In this document: in pieces, positions 9,897 through 21,800 of the stretch
How positions within the stretch are numbered: position 1 is the first letter of the stretch
Layout of the letters: each line of letters opens with the position of its first letter
IMG/VR virus record: IMGVR_UViG_3300029305_011823
Strand: one strand, 5' to 3'
Length of the DNA stretch: 64,000 nt
Source of the DNA: a virus
Lineage: Duplodnaviria > Caudoviricetes
The notes under the pieces: generated by a model
Told to the model about the DNA's origin: nothing
The model's database searches: none
Seen by the model: only the letters and a program-made list of their open reading frames with translations
Translations under genes and position numbers: made by a program

Positions 9897-12800
9897 ATGG
9901 CGAAAAAAGATTCGAATAAAGGTAAAGACATTAAAGACAGAATTAAGAAACAAGTTCCTTCAAATGATTGGTTTCTTAACGTCGGTAAAAGTATGGGATT
10001 TGCAACTCAAGAATTAATTCAAGAGTTAATGCCTAATACATCTAGTACAGTTGACTGGAATAAAAACGTTATTAACATAGCTGATATGGTTCAAGACATT
10101 AGAGATAACAATGGTATCAGAAAAATGTTTGGTAAGCAACTAGGAAATATTCCTGCATTTAAAGTTGCTCAAGAAGGTTGGTCTAATGTTAAAGCCGATT
10201 TTAAATCAGGTAACTTTTATAATAAAAATAGAGCTATGGGTCTAAATGATGACGGTGAATTTAGTTTCGATGACTTTTCATTTGACAATGGTGGTGTTGA
10301 ATTTATAGATGACGATGATAGTGGTGGCGGTGATGAACCTGTTGAGGATTCTTCTGGTGGTGGAAGACCTCCTGTCACTGTTATAAACACAATGCCATTG
10401 GCTAAAGCAATATCTTCAAGTGCTGAAGCTAATGTTAATGCTATAGCATCATTGGGTCAACAACAATTTGCTATGGAATCTGAAAAATTGATGATGAATA
10501 AGCAATCATTTGAAGGCTCAATGAGTGCTTTAAATTCTATCAATGAAAACTTAGCTTTATTAGTTCAATTCAACTCAGATTCAACTGCTAAATATCAAGC
10601 AGCAGCTCTTAAATATTTTGAGCAATCTTTAGAGTTGATGGAAAAACCAGAGGAAGATAAGAAAAAGAAAAATCTTTGGAATCCATTTACTGCAGAGGGT
10701 GGATTAAAACTTGATGAATATGCTGAAGTAGTTAAAGAAAATATTAAAGATATAAAAGACAGTAATATTGCTTTATCTACGATGTATGATATTTTTGATA
10801 ATCCTGAATTGATTAAAGGATTTGCAGATAACCCTATAGGTACACTAATGACCGCAATGGGTAGAGGTGTTATTAACAAAAAATTTAAAGAAGCTAAAGG
10901 TAAGTTAGGTGAACTTGATAAAAACCTTAATATGATCATGCCTGCTTTATTGGCTAGAATAAACACATTTGAAGGTAATCAAGATGATAACCTATTACAA
11001 AATTTAAATAAAGTATTTGGATATAAATACAAGCTTTCTTATGATGTTGATTTAGGCGACTATGAAAAAGGAGCTATTTCTTGGGACGGAGAAAGTAAAA
11101 AAGCACTAGTTGAAGTTATACCTTCTTATTTAAGAAGAATAGAAAGTGTTCTAACTGGTGGGGATGAAAGAATATATAACTACAGTACAGGTAAGTTTGA
11201 TGATATTGCAAGTATTGAGAAGTTTTATAATGATAAATTAGCTGAAAATGAAGTATCTGGATTTACAAATGTACGTTCATATATAAACGATGTTGTAAAT
11301 GAATTAGGATTATCAATTGATGCTAAAGACCAAGTCATGAAAGATTTTAATAACTACTTTAGAGCTATGACTAAACAAGGTTATTTAATACGACATAATG
11401 ACCCAAGAGATTCTATGAAAATGGGTGAGATTGTTGGATATGATAAAGACAGAGAAAAGCTTTTAGGTAGAATACTTGATGAACTTCCTAATCATATAAA
11501 AGCTGAAATGACTACTATGGCTATATCTGACAGTAGAGAAAGAACTAACAACTTTATGGAAGAAGTTAGAGCAAATCCTAATTTATCAGGTTATTCGTAT
11601 TTAAAAAATGACTTAGACAAAGATGGAAAAATGCGTTATACTGCAAGTAAAACACCACTTGCTCTATCACCTGATAAATATGGTTTAAATCAATTAGATT
11701 ACTTACGTGATATACGTTCAGCACTTATAAATGGTATTAGAGTATTTCCTGACCATACTAGAAAAAGTAGAGGAAACCAACCTAATGCTGGCATATTAGC
11801 AAGAGAACGTTTAGAAGAAGATGCCTACGAACAAAGAATCCGTGAAGAAGAAGATGCAAAACAACAAGAAGAACAATACACACAATATAGACGACAAGGT
11901 AGAAGTGTTGCAGAAGCTGCAAATATTCCTGATAGTAACTGGAAGGAAATGTTTAAAGAAGATACACCTATTGATCAAGCAGATTATTTAACAATGATGG
12001 ATAAACTTAATAATAAAGTAAGTGATGTTGTTTATAATATGCTTTATGGTGAAGACAACTATCAAGATAAAGCATTAGAAAAACTTAATAAAATGTATCA
12101 AAAAGGTAAACCTATACTTCAAAATATGAAAGACTTCTTTGGCGATACAATGAAAGCATTTAGATGTTTCTTTACAGGTCAAGGTTATGTAACATCTGAT
12201 GGAGTTAGAGTTGAAGGTGAAGATAGTTTACTAGGAAGTATAAAAACATCTATACTTGGAATAAAAGATAAATTCAGTGAAGCTACTAAAGAAGGAGGAA
12301 TGTTTCAAAATTTCTTCGATGACTTCATGGATGGATTTGATACTTTTAAAACAAGTTTATTTGGTGAAAAGAGATTAACTGAAAATAAAGGTAAAGAAAC
12401 TTTTCAAAATCTAATGAGTAAAGTAAAACAAAGATTACCAAAAGCATTAGGATATGGATTAGCTGGTGGAATGGTAAAAACTGTATTTGCTTCTAATTTA
12501 GGTTTATTAGGAAACTTCTTAATGCCTGGTGGTCCAATAGCATCAGTTTTAATGGGAACTACATTTGGTTTCTTAAAACAATCTGAAACATTTAATCGTT
12601 ATATGTTCGGTGAAAAAGACGAAAACGGTGAAAGAGTTGGAGGATTAATTTCTAAAGCTTGGCAAGATAAATACCAAGAGTATAAAGGAGTTATTGGTAA
12701 AGGTGCTGGTATTGGTATACTAGGTTCTTTATTCTTACCTGGTGGTCCAGTTGCTGGAGCTATAATGGGTATAGCTGGTGGTATAGCTTCTAAAAATGAA

Positions 12801-15800
12801 GCATTCCAAGAATTCTTATATGGTAAAGATTATAAAACTGATGAAAAGAAATCGATGATGAATGGAGTATTTGGTAAAGCATTTAAACAGTTATCAGGAA
12901 GCGATGATCCTAAATTAGCTAAATTCTTAGGTAGTGTTGGTGCAGGTATAGGTGTGGCTCAAGGTGTAGGTTTATTACCTTCATTCTTATTACCTGGTGG
13001 TCCTATAATGGGTGCTATGTTAGGTTTAGCTGGTGGTATAGCTGCTTCATCAAACAAATTCCAAGAATTCCTTTTAGGTGAAAAAGATATAGACGGACAA
13101 CGTCATGGTGGTTTATTAACAAAAGCTGCTAACTGGTTCAGTTTAACTTTTGCTCAACCATTAAAACTAAAATTCACAGAATTTAACGATTTCTTATATG
13201 GAATGTTTAGAAAACATATATTCGATCCTCTAGCTAGATCGTTTGAACCTATAGTACACGGAGTTAAAAACGTTTTCATAAATGCTAAAGATTCACTTGT
13301 TGAAGCATTTACTAGAATAACAAATCCAATAGTTGAGGCTTTTAAAGAAAACATAATTGATCCTATATCAACAGTTGTTAAAAAAGTTATTCTAAATCCT
13401 ATTAAATGGATAATGAAGAAAACATTTGGGTTCTTAACTAAATCTTTAGTTGGACTTATTACAGCTCCTATAAGTATAGTTGGTAGAGCTGCTGATATGT
13501 ATAACTCATACTCTGCTGTAAGACAAGAGAAATTTAGACGTCGTAGAGAATATGATAAAAATACACCTAAAGAAGAAAGAAATTATCACGATCGTAAAAA
13601 AGCTGGAAAACTAACAAGAGAAGAGAAAAAAGAGTTAAGAAAAAATGTTTCATATAGACAAGGTAAAACTTGGGGTGAAAAGAAAAAAGAACAAAAAGAC
13701 GCTTATAAAGAAGACATGGCTAAACGTAAAGATCGTCGTGAAGAAATGAAGCGTCAATTTGAAGAAGATAAAAAATTCGCTAAAGAAAATGGCTATAAAT
13801 ATAGAAGTCAAAAACAAAAAGAAAAAAGAGAAGCTGAGCTTAGAGAAAAAGAAATATGGTTCCAAGAACAACAATTAATGCAAGCTCAAGATACTGATGA
13901 AAAAGTTGAAAAAATTTCAGATAATATTATTAAGTTATCAGATTATCAAAATAATACAACTACTAAATTAGACGTTATAACAAATACAGTTAGAGAAGGT
14001 TTTAATAAATTAACTGAAAAACTTGGACTTTCTGCTCCTTCTGAAGAAACTGTTGAAGAAGATCATATGACTGCAATATATGATTTCTTAGATAGAGAAA
14101 CTGCAAAGGATGAAAATGTAACACTTAAAGAAGCACTTGATGATTTAAAAGGAGAATTTAAAACAGTACTAGGTCATCTTAAAGAAACTGACAAAGTTGA
14201 TACTAGTAGTTCTAAAGGAATAAATCCTAATGATCTTGTTAATATAACAGATGAAGACTTAAATAAAATTTATTCATTCTTAGATAATAAAGTTCAACAA
14301 GATGAAAGTACTAAACTTAAAGGTGCACTTGATGATCTACCAGCAGATTTTAAAGCTATCTTTAAAAATAAAAAATCTGTAACACTTGATACAGGTGATA
14401 ATAAAGTAATAGATTTTAATGCTGTACGTAAGCAATTACGTGATGATGATCAATCACATGCTGATGGATTAGATAAAGTACCTTCAGATGGTTATCTTGC
14501 TGAATTACATGAAGGTGAAATGGTTGTTCCTGAAAAACCAGCTGGAAAACTTAGAAATCTTATGAATAAAGCAGGTAAAGGATTTAGTGGATTAACTGAT
14601 GTATTATCTGAAACTTCTGAAGAAGATATCGACCATAGAGAAGATGACAATGGAATGATCGAAAAATCACTACGTAAAGGTGCAGTTGGATTTGGTCATA
14701 TGTTAGCTAATACTATGCGTGGTATAGGTGGAGCTTTTGGAAAAATTGGTACATTCTTCGGTAAAATGAGTGGAGATGAAAAACGAGACAGAGAAGATAA
14801 TGCAATGCAATTATCTGATATGGAAGCTGATAGATTAAAAGAAATTGAAGATAAAGCACGATATGATCATGCTTCTAGAAAAAATGCAGACTTTATACAA
14901 GAACAAATAGCTGCTGAAAATAAAGAAAAAGCAGATAGAAAATGGAAAGATAGTTTATTAAATGCTATCAAACATCTTGGTGGAATAGCTGCAGCTGGTG
15001 TTGGTGCTGGAATGAATCTATTCGATCTTATGAAAGATGGTATGAAAGGCTTACTAGATAAATTCAGTGGATTAGGTAGTTTACTAGGTTCATTAGCTTT
15101 ACCATTCGGTATTGAATCTCTTATTAAAATGGGAGATGACTATATCAATAGTCCTGAATATAAAGAAGGATATACAGATGTAGATGCTGACGGAGATGGT
15201 GAAGGTGATGAGATATACAACAACTGGAACATACAAAAATGGAGAACTAGACTTTCTGCTAGAAAAGCTTATATAAAACCTTTCCAAATAGCTAAAAAGA
15301 GAATTTACGACCCTCTAAAAGAAGCAGGTGGTAAAGCAGTTAAATCAGTAAAGAATATGGGTAAAAAAGCAAAAACTGTAGGTAGTAAAGCAGTTAATAA
15401 AGTAAAATCAACAAAAGCTTATCAAGCAGTATCTAATAAGTTAACATCATCAAAATTATATAATAAATTCTTTAATAAAGGTGTTACAGAAACTGGTGAT
15501 AATGTTATAGACTTAGCTGCTAAGAGAGCTGCTAAAGAAGGAACTGAATCAGCTACTACAAAAGTATTTAAAGAAACTGCTGAAGGTGGAGCTGGTAAAG
15601 TAATCAATTTCGCAGAACAAAAATTAATGAAGGAAGCTGCTGAATCAGGTACAGGAAAAGCTGTAGGTAAAGTAATTGGTGAAGGTGTTGAAGCTGCTAC
15701 AGAAAATAAAGGATTAATTACTAAAATTGTTAAGTATGCTAAACAAGGAGTTCAATACTTAGCTGACTTAGTTGTTAAAAAATTCCCAGCAGTTGGAAAC

Positions 15801-18800
15801 ATAGCTAGTAAATTACTTAAAGTGGTAGATCCTATATTAACATCACTTATTAAAAATTCAGATTCAATAGTAGCTAAATTTGCTAAGAAAATAGCTGCTA
15901 CATTAGGAAAAGCTACTGCTGGTGCAGCAACTGGATTTGTGTTAGATGCTGTATTTGCAGTTGGAGATTTAGCAACAGGTCTTACTGCAGGAAATGCTGG
16001 TAACTTATTTGGTGTTTCACCTGAAAACGTTGATGGTAGAATGAGAATAATAAGTTCAATATTCCAAGCATTCTTTAATTTTAGTTATATAGCAATAGTT
16101 TCATTAGTTAACGAAATTACTAATGCAATGTTTAATTACAACTTTATCCGTCAATTAGCTATAGCTGTTTATAATCTTACAGGTGGAAAAGCTGAATTTG
16201 GAATGAGGATAACACCTGCAGAAATTGATAAATGTACATCAATAGAAGAAGCTTTACAAAAAATGGATATAACTGATTACGGTCCATTAAAAGATGATAA
16301 TGGAAATTGGAAAGATTTCAGTGCTGTTAAAAATGAAGAACTTGGTGGAGTAATAACTGAAGCTGAACAAATGGAATTAGCAAGATTACAATATAACTTA
16401 GCTAATGATACAAAATTAAGTTCTCAAGGCTGGTTAGATAAAGAATCACAAACTTTTGGAAGTAAAGTGATGACTGGTATTAAGAAAACATTTACTAGAG
16501 ATACAGCACAACAAAAATACAATAAACTTACTAATAAAGCTACTAAGAAAAAAGAAAAGGCTAATGAATATAGAGAAAAAGCTAAAGAATCTAAAACTAT
16601 ATTTGGTAAAGCTTGGAATAATAGTATGGCTTGGTTAAATGATAAATCTGCAGCAAGAGCTGAAAAGAAAGCAGAAAAAACTAAAGTTAAAGCTGCTAAG
16701 AAATTAACTAAAGCACAAGGTAAAGTAGATTATCATACTCAAAAAGCTGAAGAATCAAAAGGTATATTTAAAGCTTATCATAATTGGAGAGCTAATGCTA
16801 ATCAGAAAAAAGTTAAAAGATATACTATGGACGATGGTAAAGTAACTTCTGCTGATGGAGGAACTACTACAGGATCAGCTCCTGTACAAGAAGAAGTTCC
16901 TATATTAAAACCAGAAGAAGTTATACATGGTTTAACAATGGCACCTGGAGAAACTGTACAGGATGAATATGGTAATGTATACGATCATACTGGAAAATGT
17001 ATTTCTTCACCTAACTGGGATCATGCTGGTATGGGTGACGGAGACGATACATTATATGATCAAAATGGAAACCCAGTCGATTCAACAGTCGTAAGAGCTG
17101 ATAAAGATGGTAATTTATACGATGTCAATGGTAATCCTGTAACTAAAGGTAAACCATCTAAAAAGAAATCTGGTAAACTTGCAAAATTATGGGATGGTAC
17201 TAAAAACTTATTTAAAACAGGATCTGCTAAAGTAGGTAAAGGAATTAAAGATGGAGTTACACAAATTGGTAAGGATACTAAAGCATTCTACTCTAACCCA
17301 ATTGCATTTACATTAAATAAATCAAGTGAGTTATTAGATAAAGGATGGAGTAACTTTAAAGCTAACCAAGAACGTAAAAAAGCATTAAAAGAAAAAGCTA
17401 AAGAAGGTATAAAAAAAGGTGCTGGAAAAGTTAAAGACGTTGTTGGTAAAGGCATAGACAAAATTAAAAATAATGAAAAAGTTAAAGAATTTACAGGTAA
17501 TCTTAAAGCAGGATTATCTAAAGGAATTGACGAAGACGATAGTGCAGGAACAAAAGCAGCTAAAGTTGTTAAGAATCTTAATAAAATGATAGCTGACAAA
17601 AAGAAAGAAATGATGGAAGATATCAAGAAAACAGTTACTGAATCTATAAAAAGTATAGGTAAATTATTTAAAGACTTAATAACTAATGTTGGTAAAAAAA
17701 TCGGTGAATTCGGAACTAAGATAAAAGAAGGATTTACAAATGGAATAAAAGCTATTGGAGAAGGATTTAAGAAAGCTGTTAAAGCTGTTGGAGATGGAAT
17801 AACTAATAAAGTAAATGACTTAAGAAATACATTCTCTAAAGAAAATCTTAAAAAGACATTAGAAGAAAAAGTTTCAGAAATTAAAGAAGGTTGGGGTAAC
17901 TTAACAGGTTCATTTACAAAAATATTTGACGATATAGGTAAAAAATTTGATGAATTCAAAAAAGGATTTAGTAATATCAAATTACCTAAATTATCACTTG
18001 ATGCTATAAAAGTATCTTGGCAAACAGTTAAAGATTTCTTCTGGGATTTTGGTAAAGAGATACTTAAAGGTGATGACGGATTTGAATCAGGAGCAAATGT
18101 ACCTTTAAATCAACAATTAAAACCTAAAAACTATGTCTTTGCTGATACTGATAATGATGCATCTGAAGCTGAAGTTCGTAAAGTTACATTAACAGGACTT
18201 AGAGATAAAGGAAATACACACAACTTCCCATACTATGCTCAAGCAGATAGTAGATGGGGTAATGAAAAATTAATGGGTGGTAAATCTATAGGAGATGTTG
18301 GTTGTGGACCTACATCTACAGCAATGGTTATGACACATTTAACAGGTCAACGTATAACACCAGATACAATGGCTAAAGCTGGAGAAGGAATATTACCAGG
18401 ATATACATCTTATAATTACTTCCCAACTGTAGCTCAAAAATTCAAAATGAACTATTCTGAAGCAAATGATGTTAAATCTATAAGAGCTAAATTAATGGCT
18501 GGAGAACCAGTTATATTAGCAGGTACAGATAAATCATTAGATAATTCTACTCCTTATACTACAAAAGGACATATAGTAGTTGCTACAGGTATAAAAGGAG
18601 ATAATGTAGAAATAAACGACCCAAGAGGTCCTGCTTATAGTGGAAGTTATAGATTAAATAATATTATGAAGGGATTAAAACGTGGTATAGTTTTATCTTC
18701 TTCTAAATCAACTAATACAGTAGGATTACCTTCTTCAGGAGTATATAATCCTATAACTGAAATGACTGGTAAATTAGAAACTTCAGGAGATCTACCAACA

Positions 18801-21800
18801 GATGATGGTGTAGTAGAAAATCTTGGTGGAGATGCTGGACAAATTAAACTATGGGAAAAAGTAATAGGATATGCTAAAGCTTTTGAAGGAAAATTAAAAT
18901 ATGTTTACGGAAGTAAAGCAATAGACAATAATGGTATGACAACAGACTGTTCTGGATTTACTAAACACGTAATGGACCGTTGTGGTATTAAAATACCTGC
19001 AGGATCAGCAAACCAAAAAAATGCTGGTACTGGAGTAGATAAATCACAAGCACAAGCAGGTGACTTAATCATATGGAAAGGTCATGCAGGCTTAGTATAT
19101 GACAGTAATAAAAATATGATAGATGCAGGTAGTGGTAGTGTTCCAAAAATCAGATCTTATGATACTAGTTACTGGAAAAGCCGTGGAGATTATAGTATAA
19201 GAAGAGTAATAGATCCTAATAAAATGGTTAGTGCAAAAGTTGATAATTACCATACAGGAATCGGATTTAGTGGTATAGTTGGTTCTCAAGGTGGAGGAGA
19301 TTTATCTGGTGGAGGTCCAACTACAGACGGATCTACAGACGGATCAACTACAGGAGTAACAACAACTTCAGCACCAGCTATAGATGAACTAGGAGTATTT
19401 GCAAAACTTGGAAACATAGGTAAAAACTATTTAGCTTCTATTTATAACGGTAAAGAAGTAGATTTATTCGCTCAACCTGTATCAACAGATACGTCAACAT
19501 CTACAGATGGATCTACTCCTAGTAATGGAAGTACACCTGATATAAGTGGTATATCTGATACTGCTACTGCAGTATGGAAATTCTTTACTGGTAAAGGATA
19601 TTCAAATCATGCTACTGCAGGTATAATGGGTAACTTACAACAAGAATCATCAATGGATCCTACTAAAAAGCAATATGGTGGAGGACCAGGTCGTGGTATA
19701 GCACAATGGACTGTAAGTGAAGGAAGATTTAAAGGACTAGAAGCACATGCTAAAAGCAAAGGAAAAGATTGGACAGATTTACAATCACAACTAGAATGGA
19801 TAGACATGGAATTAGCTGGTAAAGATTCTACAACTGCTAGTAAACTTAAAAAATATGGTGGATTAGACGGATTCAAGAAAGCTACTGACTATAAATGGGC
19901 TGTTGAAGCTTTTGAAAAATCATTTGAAAGAGCAGGAAAACCTAATTACACTAATAGATATAAATACGCACAAAACTATTACGATAAAATGGCAAATGCT
20001 GGTATGGGACCTGCAATGGCTACAAGTGCAGAAGCAGCACCTAGTGATGGAAGTATACCAAATAGCATGAATGGATGGAAATTCTATCAACAAAGTGACA
20101 GTAGATGGGGTGGTAAAGTTGGTAGTAGTACAGTTAGTAGAGGTGGATGTGGACCTACATCTGCAGCTATGATGCTTTCTACTATATTCGGAAAAGAAAT
20201 CAACCCATTAACAATGACAAAATGGGCTCATTCTAATGGAACATGGACTGGAGCAATGCAATGGACTATGCCTAATAAAGTGGCATCTGAATTCGGATTA
20301 GGAATACAAGATTTAGGTTCTAATGCAAGCGGTGCACCATCTAGTACATTAGCTAATGTTAAAGCCGCATTAAAAGCTGGTAAACCAGTTATGTTAACAG
20401 GTAGAGGTACTGGAGCATCTGGAAGTGCTGCACGTACAGATACACCATTTACACCAGGAGGACACGTTGTTCTTGCGGTAGGATTAGATGGTAACGGTAA
20501 TGTTATAATAAACGACCCTAGAGGTGCTGGTAGAACTAAAGCTTATACTGATGAAGGAATAATGAATGTTGGAGTTGGATTAAGAGGAGCTTGGGCATTT
20601 AATCCTGATGGAGGAAAAATACCAAGTTCAATATCAACAGATGGAGATTTCACAGGTGGAGGTACAACTCCTGGAGGAACTACAGATGGATCAACTGGAG
20701 GAACAACAGCTTCAGCACCAGCTATAGATGAATTAGGAGTATTCGCAAAACTTGGAAATATAGGTAAAAACTATTTAGCTTCTATATACAATGGAAAAGA
20801 AGTCGATTTATTCGCTCAACCTGTATCAACAGATACTTCATCATCTTCAAGTGATAGTGGTACTACACCAGGAGGAGATGGATCACCATGGAATGGAACT
20901 AAATATGATTTAAGTAAATATGATATGAGCGGATTATCTAGTACTAAACAAGCACACATAAATAAAATGATACATCCAACATTACACACATATAAATCAC
21001 ATGGTTTATTCCCATCATTAACATTTGCTCAAGCTGCACAAGAATCAGGATGGGGATTAACTTCTGGGTTAGCTACTAAAGGTAATGCTGCATTCGGTAT
21101 AAAAGCAGATAAGAGTTGGACTGGAAAAGTTTATACAGCAAAAACTAGGGAAGTTTATAATGGTAAATCAGTAACAATAACTGATGGATTTAGAGCATAT
21201 GATAACTTAGGAGATAGTATAATTGACAGAGCTAATTTCTTAAAAGCTAATTCAAGATATACTAAAGCTGGTGTATTCAGTGCAACAAGTCCTGAAGAAC
21301 AAGCAAGAGCATTCCAAAAAGCAGGTTATGCTACAGATCCAGGTTATGCTAATTCACTAATAAACTTAATGAATGGATCTAACTTACAACGTTTTGATAA
21401 ACCGAAACCACCAGTAGTAGACAATGCTGGATCTGGTGATGGAAATACTTATTTAGTTGCACCTAAAGAAAACAAACATCTTACAGGAGATGCTGGTAAA
21501 GGTGATGGAAGAGTATCATATTCTAGATCAATCGATGGACCTCCACGTAATAGAGTTGATGCTAAAGCACAAAGAGAACTTGAAGCTATAAACAGAAAAG
21601 TAAACGTTGCATTTAATAATATCAATGCTTCAGATCCTAATGCATATGCAGAAGTATTAAAAATAATATTACAAGAATTACAAGCTATCAATGCTAATAC
21701 AGCTGCAACTGCTGAAGGAGTTGGAGGGATAGAAATAGCTTCAGCTAATGCTCCTGTAAGTGGAGATAATAATCAACACCCAACAACTAAAGAAAGATAT

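Noticed and set aside
19368-20840. Diversity-generating retroelement TR/VR pair
   Set aside because: Differences are synonymous and not adenine-specific; no reverse transcriptase in the window
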